Shown here: positions 13,795 through 26,696 of the stretch, piece by piece
How the letters are laid out: each line of letters opens with the position of its first letter
Position numbering within the stretch: position 1 is the first letter of the stretch
Origin: Chrysomallon squamiferum
Taxonomy: Eukaryota > Animalia > Mollusca
DNA length: 64,000 bases
Assembly: GCA_012295275.1 (NCBI GenBank)
Contig: CM022678.1
Location: 8,308,001 to 8,372,000, forward strand
Reading direction: 5' to 3'
Made by a program: the position numbers and the translations under genes
Notes under the pieces: generated by a model
The model's input: the letters and a program-made list of their open reading frames with translations, nothing else
What the model was told of the DNA's origin: nothing
Databases searched by the model: none

Positions 13795-15289
13795 TCTTCT
13801 GTCCAGAAAATAGGCCAAGTTCTCCCAAGCCTAGGATGACCACTTGCCCATGTGTGTAGTGCACAGTTCAGTGAAAAGCAATCACTTCTCCACTGCTGGC
13901 TGTTAAGAGACATTTGTACAGACTAACTCACTCAGATGTGCTCAACATGTTTGTAAACAGATGCTGGGTATAAGTAATTCAGTTTACTACTAGATTTTAT
14001 AAGTTAATGCCATCTGAATGTTTCAATATTAATATTATATATAATTTTATTGTTTATTTGTAAATAATGATAATATGTATTATTATGAACAGGTATATAA
14101 AAAAAATTATGATTTAAAAAAAAGGGATATGCAGATAGTTTTCATACAAATTTAAATTTGTGCATCAATAAACAATAGTAATAATAAAATTGAAAACAAT
14201 AACAAGAAGAAAAAGATGAATAATGATGATGATGATAACACATAATAATAAAAAATAAAATAAGAAAGTAGATTTTCAACAATGGTAACAAGCAAATATT
14301 GTAATGTTGAAGTATTTACTGTTTTTGAAATTTACTTACTTTATTTTTTGTTTTAGGGCAAATGTAGCTGTATATCTCAACATCAACAGTGTTCTGCCAA
14401 CCTGGTTACTCACCAAGAGGCTTGTAGACAGAGACAGCAGGAAACTAGTTAATGTAAGAGTTTTGTGTTTGACTGTCATGTTCTAAGTTAATACAGTTTA
14501 ACTACACCTTGATACAAATCCTCAGAGTAATTAATCTACAGTATTTGTTTTTTTAAAAACATTATATATTATACAAATACTGCATTATTAGAAAAGTATA
14601 GATACTTTATATGTTGATCTATATTTATATAGGAATCAACTTGTTTTTTTATTTGTTTTTTATTAAACAGTTGGTATCTTTGCGACACACACTAATACTC
14701 AATTTTAAAAATATACATTAATATAAAAATTATTTTTTATTTTTTTTATTTTTATGTCATCATTGTTAATATTACAGGTAATCATTTTTATACTTTTTTT
14801 ACTTTTGTTTTTACATAATTATTGTTGATATGTTTTCAGCTACTATTCCCATTTATTCAAATTTATTAGTTGTTTTCCTCAGTTTCAAAAACAATTGCTA
14901 AAGTTTTGTTAATTATAATATTTTTTAAACATTAGTTTTTTTTTTTTTTTTTTTTTCTGAAAATCATTATTTTTGTTTTATTTGTATTAACTTTAAGTGT
15001 CCATAGTCAGGAGTAAAAATAAAAAAATGTTAAGATTATGTTGTAGAGCATCAGTTGATTCTTCTAACAGGGTTTTATCATCAACATAGGAATAACAAAA
15101 AGACTTTAAATAAACATTAAATTCTTCACTAAATGTTGTAATTGATTGCCTTATTAACTATAAGAAATTTGTCTAAGTCTTTTAGAAAAACAGAAGAATA
15201 AAAATGGTTATTCTTTTTTCTCTTTGCCTGACACCAATTTCACAATTAAAACTATCAAATAACAAACTGTTTGCTGTAATTCTAGCCTT

Positions 15290-17300
15290 AGTAAGACAAT
15301 AAAACATTTTCCATTTATACCAGACCTAATTAACTTATTCCATAATCAAACAATCTCAAAATCAGTAAAAGCATAAAACTATTTCTTTTTACATTTGTTC
15401 GTTAAAATAATTAGCGAGTATAAAGAAAATATATGATCTGTCATTGAATAATTTTAACGAAATCCAGCTTGATTTTCTGAAATCAGGTTTGTTTCATCTG
15501 CACACTTATTTAATCCAGAATTAAGTACAGATGTAAATAATTTACCTAAGCAACTTAATAATGTGATATGTCAATAATTTTCAGGGTCTTTTCGAGCAGC
15601 TTTATTTTTATATATTGGTTTGATGAGTTCCACTAACCAATCGGATGGTATAATTGCTGTGTGAAGAATAACATTAAACAATAGACTAATAGTACATATA
15701 AAAGCAGCATTACATGAGCAGTATAATTAACATATTCACTGATAATAAAGTCTTCTCCAGCTGATCAATTACACTGGAGTCTCTTCACTAGATATTTCTT
15801 TGGCTGAAAAAGTCTTGTTCAAAATATCATTAGTGGTTTCTTATCATTAGTGTGTTATTCTTCTGTTGGTGTTACATGATCAGGCAAATTTTCATCAACA
15901 TTGAAATTAACAGTTTTGAAAAAATGAAATAAAGAAGCAATTGACACCTCCACTTTTGACCATCCCTGTTTATTTCTGTTTAGAATTGACCACAACTGAA
16001 GTTGGGTTTTCAAGTTTTTAGTATTTTCATTTTTTGTTTAATATTATGTTCTATATTCCCTAACAGCTCTGTTTAGTGTTTGTTTGTACTGATTCTCTTC
16101 ATACTTCAAGCCAGCTTTCAGTATGCTTCCACCAGATTGTTTATATCTTCTTCTGGCTTTTCTGACTTCCTTTCTTGCACCTTATTATAATGATTTTTCT
16201 TTATTACATTATTAGGTGGGTTTCTTCCCAAACCACACACATTAATCTCTGTTATTTTTAAAATATAAGGGCTTATTTCTTTATGATTTTTGTTTGGGGT
16301 ATTTTTGCAAATGAGAGAGTTTACTGACATTTACTCAACACTGTTTTTGCTTTGTAAGACTTGTCCTCCTCCCTTGTTGTATTGCACTGACTGAATTGGC
16401 TCGTCTTGGTGAGAGGTTGGCTTGTGTTGCTGTGGTCTATATTTTTGTTTCATTTGGCTGAGTTGTTATGTTTGTGTTACTGGCTTCTGTCCCATCCTCT
16501 CATAGTCTAAACAGCCTGCCCTCCATATACAATTTATCACCACTTAAAGTCACTCTTTTCCTTTGCCTTTTTGCTGATTTGTAATCTGGATGCAGTAATT
16601 TCCTCCTCTCATTAATTTCTTTCTGGAATTGTTCATTAACCCTGTATTGCTTGTTTATCAGCTTGTTTTGGGTAAAGCTGTTCTCACTATTTCTCTGTCT
16701 TTGTATAAAATGAATTTTACAACAAATAGTCCTTGTATATCCACCAAACTTCCTCCCCATTCAGTGCACTCTGTGAAAGTCAGTATTATTTTCTACTTTC
16801 ATTTCATTTTTTATAAACCTTTTCAACTCCTCTTCTGTGTCTTCCTCGTCTTTCTCTGGTATCCAACTGAAGAATAAATTGTCATGCATGAAGTGAGTTT
16901 GAAGGTCATTGTGAGTTTTTCTCTTAAGTTTCCAAATTCAGTTTTTAATTCACATATTTGTTTCATACTGTTATTATTATCTCTAAGTTTACAGTAGAAC
17001 TGTTCATATCTGTCACAACAGATTTCAAAGTTCTGAGATTTTTTTTATTCCTTTCAAACTGTTTGTTATTGTAATTCATACCCATTTCCATATGTTGCAC
17101 TTTTTTTTTGATATCCATCAGTTTACCAGTAATGTCTTGTACAGCTATATCCATACTATTCAGTGGTTTCTCAATCAGGTGAAGTTTTTTCAATTCATCA
17201 CACATCATATCTAACTTTCTAGTCAAAGTATCTGATTTTATACTGACATCTTACTTGTGCACAACTGGTGAAGTTAAACCAGAATACTGACTGTGGGATC
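15290..17300 (-). mobile_element. Decayed, internally deleted LINE: ORF1 (about 16500-17230), start of ORF2, and an RT fragment (about 15290-15790)
   Basis: ORF1 has a coiled coil followed by ...YRVNEQFQKEINERRKLL...VTLSGDKLYMEG (Tnp_22-like). The ORF2 start INVCGL is the first APE endonuclease motif. The RT fragment reads IIPSDWLVELIKPIYKNK...DPENY.HITLLSCLGKLFTSVLN...ENQAGFR...DHIF...LWNKLIRSGINGK. Multiple stops and frameshifts are present. Confidence 0.9.
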
Positions 17301-17415
17301 CATAGTCTGTCCATGTTGTCCATAGTCTGTCCATGTTGTCTATAGTCTGTCCATAGTCTGTCCATGTTGTCTGTAGTCTGTCCATGTTGTCCATAGTCTG
17401 TCCATGTTGTCCATA
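17301..17415. repeat. Short tandem repeat built from 10/20-bp units (catagtctgtccatgttgtc)
   Basis: About 5 direct copies are visible at the 5' end of the LINE. Confidence 0.9.
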
Positions 17416-18179
17416 CTGTGACTGCTGAGACTGTTGAATTGGTTTTGACTGATAAAATGGTGCAGATGAACATCCAAGCTCACTGTTTGTGTATTTGACA
17501 TCCTCTGTATGTGACTTCTTGACCAGCTTAGCTACTGCTTACCCTTATTTTCTGTTCTCTTCTCCACTTACATTTTTACTCTTATTTATTCTCTTTTTAC
17601 TTTTTTTTATTTTTATGTTTGGGACAGGTTTAAGGTTTGTTTCACTGCTGCTGTGATAGTTGTTGCATTGATGGGAAACTTTGTGATTTCTATGAGCTTT
17701 TAGGAAACAGGGCTAGAAGATGTTTTTATTGCCACTCACTGGAGCAAAAACAAATCATATTATCTATAATGTTCTCAACATTTAAAAAAAAATGAATTTC
17801 ATTTCTATATTTCTAAATGCCAGCTTATACACAAATGATACATACATTTTTATCCTAATTATTATGTTTTTAAACCATCAACAGAATATGTTGCATTTAA
17901 ATATCAAATACAGTTTTGTTTTTGTATACACACACATACATACACATCTACAGACTCTCAGTTTTTGTAATGCTAGACAGGGAGAATGTTTTATTGATAA
18001 CAGCATCAGTTTATGGATTTTGACACACTGCAGTTTGTGTTAATGAATTTATTTGTTTTTTTAACTATTATTTTAAAATTATTTTAAATACATTTCTTAG
18101 TAATTCTTTGTGTTTTTCCAAAATATTTAAATTACCTGCTGACTTATTGGATTTATTACTCTGTTATTTGCATTTCAGA

Positions 18180-19472
18180 ATGGATGACAATAAACCAGCT
18201 GAAAATGCTGAAAATGGTTGCAGTGAAAAGGTTAGTAAAGTTTTAATTATGTTTTGTATGGATGTAATGATACAGGAGAAACATGTATTTTCTTTCTTGG
18301 AGGGATAAAGACCAACAAGAAGTAAGTTTTATTGGTATAACAAACTGTAAATGATAATTAGATTGACAATATCATACTGTTATCAAGAAACACATTTTTC
18401 TTTTCTTCTTTTTTCCTTAAATCTTTTCTGAATAGGCTGTGTTGGCAGTTTGTTGTCTAAAATGTTTTTGTTTTTTAATTTTTTATTTGTTTCCAGAAAT
18501 AACACTGGGTGTTTGTTGTGGATTTGTTGTTTTTAGTTTTTTGTTTTTGTTAGTTTTCATTAATATGCATTTTAACTGTTGAAGATTTATTTCTTTTTAT
18601 ATCACATTATTCTTAGATATTTAAAACTAAATCATTGAGAATATTGTTAACTGTTTAGATTTATAACAAATATACCTTCACTTTCTGTGTTGCCTTCACA
18701 CACTGGAATTGCTGAGAATATTAACTAGCATTACACATTATATATTTATTTATTTTCACTCTCCTGTTTTCTTATCAACACTACAGCTGTTTTATGATTA
18801 TATTTGAAGATGATGAATCTAAGGATTAACAGAGAATATGTTTAAAAAAACAACAAATATCTTTTCTAATATGTTAATGTTATCTTCAGTTTTTATCTGT
18901 GTATAATTAATTTAAATATGTAATGTACTACAGGAAATTAGTAAATCAACATCAATAACTAAATTAAAATTATATATTAAAATCTTGGTTGATCAAATCA
19001 TTTTATATAGGAATGTGATTTCATGTTTTGTTTTATTTTCTTTCTTTCCTAAAGGGTTATGAAACAACTGCTCCATTTGGAAAAGCTCTGGAGATGTCAA
19101 GGAGATACACAGAAGGTGAACAATCTTTAAATTTTAAAGTTCTTAGTAATCTGTATCTAAGAAAACATAGTAACAGAAATGATTATGATAATAATGCTGG
19201 TGATTATGTTAATGTTAATATAATAATAATAACAATAATAATAATAATAATAATAAATAAATAAATAAATATTATTATTAATAACTTTAATTTTTGTGTT
19301 AAGGCAAAAATGTATTTTTATATCATGTTTTTGTTTTTGACACTCAATGTTGATCCTAATAATTAAGGAAATATATATATTTTTTTTTAAATAATTTTAA
19401 TTTTTTTTTTTAATAAACCTTAACAGTTTTTAAGTAAAGTTGGGAATTACACAAACATAGCAAAACTTAACT

Positions 19473-19519
<47 letters not shown>

Positions 19520-20333
19520 CCTGAAATATATTTTCTTTGATTTTTATTTAGGAATTTGTTTTTATTTTTTCCTATGAGATATAATCCTATCACAATTTTT
19601 GGCTCATCATAAATAATTATTAGTAGCCAGGATGCCTGCCAAAAATGTCTGCTAGATCATTGTAGAAGTTCAAGATGAAAGAGGAAATAAAACAGAGAAA
19701 TATTAGCTGGAAACAGTTTTGAGTTTGTTAATTGTGGCTGATCCAGCTTTCCTTCCAAAATTGCTAAATAAGTAATCTTGATTTGCAAACTTAATTGTGC
19801 AAGCTGAAAATAAATCTCTTTCTGGTTTTGCAGGTGATTTTGAGAGAAAAATCCTGAAGATGACAAATTCATCTGATACAGTTACAAGCCAGACAGAGGA
19901 ATTCAATAAAAGAGAAACATTTTCTGAAGTAAGTGGTCTGGATATATTTTATAATAATAAATAATAGTAATATGTTTAAATACATATGTACATATGAGTG
20001 CAGGGCTTGAAGTGGCCAGTCACCAAATGCTACCAAATTTCTGTTTGGGTGACTGGGATGTTAAAAAAAAGATTTGATTTTTCTTTCTCTTGATAAAGTA
20101 GAATTTCAGTATCACATATGTTGGTATATTTGCATAAGTGACTCTTCGAAGCATATTTTTTTTTATCTTACTTCAAAAGTTAATGATCAATACATGTTTT
20201 CCTACACTCAAAAGCTGAAATATGAATATTTTTTGTTCGGGCTACCAAAAACAAATTAGTGTCATTCAATTTATTTCAGATGAGTTTTGAGCCTTGTTTG
20301 TATGTTTGTATTTACTTACATATGGTGTTTTTG

Positions 20334-20389
<56 letters not shown>

Positions 20390-21643
20390 TTCAAGGTGGT
20401 ATTAAATGCTTTGTTTTGGTTAGAGTCATCTGATTGTGTGTAATCTTGTCTGCACTGTGTATACTGAATCCCTCTACACAGGTTTGAGCAAACACCTGAT
20501 TAAAACATGTATAATTACATGTAACATGACATGATATCTTCAGTCCTAGTTTTCAGTTATGTGTATTTAAATCATGTATAATTACATGTAACATGACATG
20601 ATATCTTCAGTCCTAGTTTTCAGTTATGTGTATTTAAATCATGTATAATTACATGTAACATGACATGATATCTTCAGTCCTAGTTTTCAGTTATGTGTAT
20701 TTAAAACATGTATAATTACATGTAACATGACATGATATCTTCAGTCCTAGTTTTCAGTTATGTGTATTTAAAAACATGTATAATTACATGTAACATGACA
20801 TGATATCTTCAGTCCTAGTTTTCAGTTATGTGTATTTAAATCATGTATAATTACATGTAACATGACATGATATCTTCAGTCCTAGTTTTCAGTTATGTGT
20901 ATTTAAATCATGTATAATTACATGTAACATGACATGATATCTTCAGTCCTAGTTTTCAGTTATGTGTATTTAAATCATGTATAATTACATGTAACATGAC
21001 ATGATATCTTCAGTCCTAGTTTTCAGTTATGTGTATTTAAATCATGTAGAGTTTTTTCAGGTGTGTGCATTTTATTTATACTGACTTTTTATATTACGCT
21101 AAGGTTTCTTTATTTCAGTCTGTGCAGACATTAGTTAAATTAGGAAACACCTTTTGAGTTCAGCAGTTCATGTTGCATCCATCATTTTCCTTAACTAGCA
21201 AAATATCAGCAATATCCAGATTTGTTTCCCCATTGGGACAGCTGCCTCAAATGTATATTTTTATTTCAGTTCACCAACTTATCAGATGAAGAATTCAAAG
21301 TAAGTAAATTTCTATTCTGCTTTTATTTATGAATTTCACTTAAAGATGTAATTTGTTATTTTAAATTAATGATATCACAATTTATGTCATTGAAATCTTT
21401 CAATATGGTAAACAATACTTATGTGAAAAAAGACTATTTATTCAGTTAGCATAGTTTCTTTGTTTTGGACAGGGTGTATGCTTTTAGTTTTTATTAAATA
21501 CAGTAAAAATTCTTCTTTTTCCACTTTTATGTTTAACTTATTATACTAGACAATCTTCACTCAGTTTAGTTTATTATGAAAAGAGATCGGGGCCTGATGT
21601 TTTACTATTTAAAAAGTCATTTTGTAGATACAAATGTTAAAAA

Positions 21644-21705
<62 letters not shown>

Positions 21706-22654
21706 CTCATGGCATATGCTTAGTCTTTCAGGGATTTTATGTTTCCTGTTTATGAAATGATGTCAAAACTAATAAAATGTCTGCTTATTATTTTATTAAT
21801 ATACTTTATTATTTTCAGAGTAATGTCACTTCAGTGTTTTTACATTACCTTTTGATTGTGTATATATATATATATAGAGAAAAATAGATCTATGTTAATT
21901 TTGTTGAAGGTGTTTCTGTTATAAAAAAATTCTACTTCAGCTTTAATTATGTGAATCTAATTCATCTTTATTTTAGACATATTTGTTATCTCTTTAGATT
22001 ATCTTTCAGTAAATAATTTGAATTGATAACTGCATCATTAGATCTCATTAGAATACAAAACATAAGATTTAGAAAAGGTTATAGTTCAATTTTTAGTTTT
22101 CTATAATTATATTGATTCATGCTGTGTTAATTTATTGAATTGTTTTATAACAAGGAAAGGTCAGTATTTAATGAATGACATTCAGATCTTTCATCATGTA
22201 TTTATAGGAACTGAAGAAACCAATATACTAAACAGTGGATTTAAACAGTTTATTTTCAGAGGTTAAATCAGCTTGTTAAGGATAAAAATATTCAAGAAAT
22301 TGTTGATAAATTCAAAGTCAAACTGACATTTTGGAACAAAGAGCAGCTCAAGTCTCCAGTAGAGTTGAAGTATTTGGTGCTGTCCAGCAGGTATTTAAAT
22401 ACATTAGTCATTGTAAACCTTTCCATTTTGCTTCAGTTTTTGACAAAATTCTATGCAAAATATTTTCTCCTATACTGAATTAAGCAGCCTACATGAAAAT
22501 ATAATACAATAAGGAATAATCATTAAGACAACTCATGAAATGACACAGCAATTATAAAAATAACAGATCACAGTCTGATTTTAAGTTCTTTTTACTTTTC
22601 TCTATCCTTTTATTTTATTTTATTTTATTTTATTTTATTTTATTTTATTTTATT

Positions 22655-22709
<55 letters not shown>

Positions 22710-22798
22710 TAAATATAAAAAGGAGTAATAACTAATAACCAGAGAATTCTACAAGTAAAAGTCAGGACAAATATATTGTGTGTTTTTACAGGAGATGA
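18180..22798 (+). CDS. Spliced gene of about 124 aa with unknown product; the last exons resemble the pre-P-loop helices of immunity-related GTPases (IRG/IIGP)
   Basis: Exons 18179-18230, 19055-19115, 19834-19928, 21270-21299 and 22260-22390 all have AG/GT boundaries and join in one open frame: MDDNKPAENAENGCSEK-GYETTAPFGKALEMSRRYTEG-DFERKILKMTNSSDTVTSQTEEFNKRETFSE-FTNLSDEEFK-RLNQLVKDKNIQEIVDKFKVKLTFWNKEQLKSPVELKYLVLSS. The next acceptor at 22792 gives a stop at 22796-22798. A candidate UTR exon lies at about 14358-14453. Confidence 0.65.
20001..20296. mobile_element. Non-autonomous DNA transposon remnant (hAT-like CAGGGCT ends)
   Basis: It starts CAGGGCTTGAA and ends TTTGAGCCTTG. The 5' part (ggccagt...caccaaatg...gactgggat) recurs at 45545-45610. 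No clear target-site duplication. Confidence 0.5.
20502..21048. repeat. Minisatellite, 67-bp unit, about 8 copies
   Basis: The unit catgtataattacatgtaacatgacatgatatcttcagtcctagttttcagttatgtgtatttaaat repeats almost perfectly. Confidence 0.97.
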
Positions 22799-23029
22799 GA
22801 CTCAGTTGTACAGTGACAATGACTTCATTCTCATAAAGTGTAGATTACAGTACAGAGAAGAATGTATTTCAGCTATAAAATAACAAAATTAAAATGCAGA
22901 TGTGTAGAAGGACATACTCTCACATATAGTTCTATTAACAAACATAGCTTTTTTAATACAAATATATTTTTACTGTTAAACAAATTATTACATGAAATTA
23001 TATTTGAATGTCTCATATATTTATCTGGT

Positions 23030-24997
23030 TTACCTTTTCTAAACCTTGCAGTAGTTACAAAAAACTGTTTTTGACTTTTTGGGAAGGTTCTTATATGCAG
23101 CACTAGGATTTAGTTGTCTGGCCTTGTGCTTTTCCAGACACACTACACACCTACTGTTTGATGTTGCATGGGCTGGTCTGTTTCCAACTCGTGAGGTCTG
23201 TAATCTTGTAGGTGTTTGTCTGTGTACAGATTCACTTTCACTGGTAACAGACAGAGATAATTGCCCACAAGTTGATGGCAGAGTTTTTCAACAAACACGT
23301 GGAATGTAAACACTCTTTGCCCCTGGGGATTATGCAGCTGATAAGGTCACATGATTACGTTTGCATTATTCACAGCCCACGTAAAACACTTCATAATAAG
23401 ACGACGTGGCCAGTTGTAATGACGTCTGCTCTGATGCAGCTCAGTAAGTTGGTCATTTTTATGCATTGTAATTTTGGACAGCTTTTGGACATCCCACAGG
23501 AAGTCTTCTGTGCTCTTTACTATCATATCTTTGTACATGTACTGGGTGAGGGTGGGCTATAAATGCAGAAGTTACAAAATAAACGGGCTTTTTGTTGCAC
23601 CAAACAATTGCTGCTACAATTACATTGAACAATAGTTCAAACTGCCTCATCTGATTTGATTTTTTGATTTGATCAATTTTTTTGGAAAAAGTTTGTGATT
23701 TGTAAGTGCAGTGCCCACTAGGCAGATTCCTCTCTTTTCCAGCAAAAACTCACACAAATATACACTAGTGTAGAGTCTGTCTGTAAACACACAGTAATGC
23801 TGGTCACAAAACGGTTCCAACATAAAAACAACAAGGTTTCCAGTCACACCAAGGTTTTCAACAGTTTCAGCATCCTTCCTGCAACCTGTGTATACTTCTG
23901 TATTTGAAATGTAGCCATTCTCACGTCACAAACTAGGAAGGTGTTGATACTTTTATCGGTTTATCTTTGTTATACTGATTTATAGATAGGAGTTTTCTTT
24001 ATCAGAATCATTTCCTCATCAAGTGACAGATTGCTTCTTGGTGTATAATGCAACCTGAATTTTTCCAACAAGTGATTGAACATGGGCCTTGACTTGTAAA
24101 TCTTATCAGATTTGTCTAGCTCTGAGTCAATTTCATTTACACTATGGAGCAAAGACCATATTGCTAAAAATCTATCTCTTGTAAAAATCTGTGCAAATTC
24201 AGGTGTGATGTCAAGACATTTTCCTTATCTCACTAGAATTGTTCATAGTGGTCCTTGTGAATAAACATTTCCATTGCTACTCGACAGCCAAAAAATGTTT
24301 TTATCTCTGTCAGTGAACTAAACTATTTTGCATACTGATGTGAGGGGTTTTGCTTCTCCAACATGGTCTGCCTGCTATTAGTTTCAACAACAAAGAGCTG
24401 CCACAAATCATCTTTCCAGAATAAAGTCAAAAAGTCAGCAGGGCTGCTCTCATTATTGAGTGAATCTGGAATATTTCTGAGACTGGGGTGTTCTTTAGGA
24501 TTGAATTGTTTTTCACGATACCCTCTTGTGTCACTTGTCCACTGACCTCTACCACGGCCACACACCCTACGATGGCCACACCCCTTACCATGGCCACACC
24601 CCTACCACGGCCACACCCACTAACAGGTTGTAAAACATCACCACCTGGGATGTGATTATCGACAGAATCATTTTCATTTTCACCTTCATTTGCATTCGTG
24701 TTTTTATTATATGTATCATTGACAACATCATTGTCACTCTCTTTGTTTTCAAAATCACTATTATTTGCACATTCCAACACTTCATTCTCATCCTCAGAAT
24801 CTGACATTATCATTCGTAATGACTGCTTGGTTGTCGCTTTCTTACCACTCATGTTTATGGCAAAAAATTCTCCAAAAACTGCAATCATTTGCAAAAATTT
24901 ATTGAAGCTTCCTGGCGGGAGTATGGCTGAGTATACAAGCAGGTGTATATACTATATGCTCAGCCAGAAAACTGACCTGACGGCTTCAAAGGGTTAA
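23030..24997 (-). mobile_element. Decayed piggyBac (PGBD4-like) transposon with one intact end
   Basis: Fragments in order: acidic N-terminus, SPADFLTLFWKDDLWQLFVVETN, DKIYKSRPMFNHLLEKFRLHYTPRSNLSLDEEMI (first catalytic D), VFTDRLYTS (second D), LVGT, WCNKKPVYFVTS, CPKAVQNYN, then C-terminal RCVVC...TVFCNYCKV. The terminus ...CAAAGGG-TTAA is at 24987-24997. Many frameshifts. Confidence 0.93.
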
Positions 24998-25249
24998 TAT
25001 ATTTAACCTCTCAAGTTCAAATACATCATCAGCGATTATATCACTATATCCCTTTTCTTCCATAATAATAAAATCATTATCATCAGCTGTTGAAGTCACC
25101 AGTAAGACAGATCGTGTTATTCTTATTCACAAATGACAACTATTCATTTTCAAGCTGGTCCAAAGCATCAGATGATGAATAATATGAATACAAAACCAAT
25201 TAAAATATTATCATCTGTGTGTAAAACCCTGCCTTCTGTGTCCAGCCAC

Positions 25250-25820
25250 ATAAAACATTTACACTGTGATTTGATAATGTTTGTATGTTTTAGTAGATAA
25301 TTTATAAAACATTTACACTGTGATTTGATAATGTTTGTATGTTTTAGTAGATAATTTATAAAACATTTACACTGTGATTTGATAATGTTTGTATGTTTTA
25401 GTAGATAATTTATAAAACATTTACACTGTGATTCAATAATGTTTGTATGTTTTAGTAGATAATTTATAAAACATTTACACTGTGATTTGATAATGTTTGT
25501 ATGTTTTAGTAGATAATTTATAAAACATTTACACTGTGATTTGATAATGTTTGTATGTTTTAGTAGATAATTTATAAAACATTTACACTGTGATTTGATG
25601 TTTGTATGTTTTAGTAGATAATTTATAAAACATTTACACTGTGATTTGATAATGTTTGTATGTTTTAGTAGATAATTTATAAAACATTTACACTGTGATT
25701 TGATAATATTTGTATGTTTTAGTAGATAATTTATAAAACATTTACACTGTGATTTGATAATGTTTGTATGTGATGTTTATCAAGATTTGATAATATTTGT
25801 ATGTTTTAGTAGATAATGTT
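25250..25820. repeat. Minisatellite, 54-bp unit, about 10 copies
   Basis: Unit ataaaacatttacactgtgatttgataatgtttgtatgttttagtagataattt. Confidence 0.97.
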
Positions 25821-26330
25821 TTATATATACACCTATACACCCAGATTTATACTGAGATAAAGAAACTCTGTTTTTAGCATATACTTTATAATAAAGAATA
25901 CTAATGTGTCATAATTAGTGATGTTTCAAGAAATGGTTTCTGAGCTTACTTACCACACCTCACTCATTAATCTCTGTTCTTTTTAAAACTTAAGGGCTTA
26001 ATTGTCTATGATTTTTGTTTGGGGTATTTTTACAAATGAGGAATTTACTGACATTTGTTCAACTGTTTTCACTTGATAACACTTGTCTTCCTCCAGTTTC
26101 CTATTGCACTGACTGAATTGGCTTGTCTCAGTCAGAGTTTGGCTTGTTTTGTGTGATCTTTGTTGTCTTCTTTCTGATGGCTGAGTTGTTATGTTTGTGT
26201 TTCTGGCTTCTGTCCCATCCTCTCATAGTCTAAACAGCCTGCCCTCCATATACAATTTATCACCACTTAAAGTCGCTCATTTCCTTTGTCTTCTTGCTGA
26301 TTTGTAATCTGGATGCAGTAATTTTCTCCT
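25820..26330 (-). mobile_element. Second fragment of the same LINE family (end of ORF1, spacer, start of endonuclease)
   Basis: 25960-26330 aligns by eye with 16235-16605. It continues into KSGCIGVYIK, resembling the APE GG..VY motif. Confidence 0.85.
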
Positions 26331-26620
26331 ACTTTGTTATGTGAATGACACAGTAATTTTTGCTATGTTGGGAAAATAAAGAAACAAACATTCATAAGAA
26401 TTTTCACTTAGAAACTATTCAGTAAGTCCTGTTACTTCATTTTTGAAATGTAGATAAATAAAGAAATAAAGAAATAAAATATTTGTTAACTAAGGTAAAA
26501 ATTAATTTTATTTAACATTAACTGTTTCTAATAGAGACAGAAATGAAATTCGGTTATTGAAGTCAGCGTGTATGATATTAAATATAAATGCAGAAAAAAA
26601 TGAAAGTTTGAAATATATTA

Positions 26621-26695
<75 letters not shown>

Positions 26696-26696
26696 G

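Noticed and set aside
21270-21299. FTNLSDEEFK as a cathepsin I29 propeptide
   Set aside because: It is a short motif only; no ERFNIN pattern or protease exons lie nearby.
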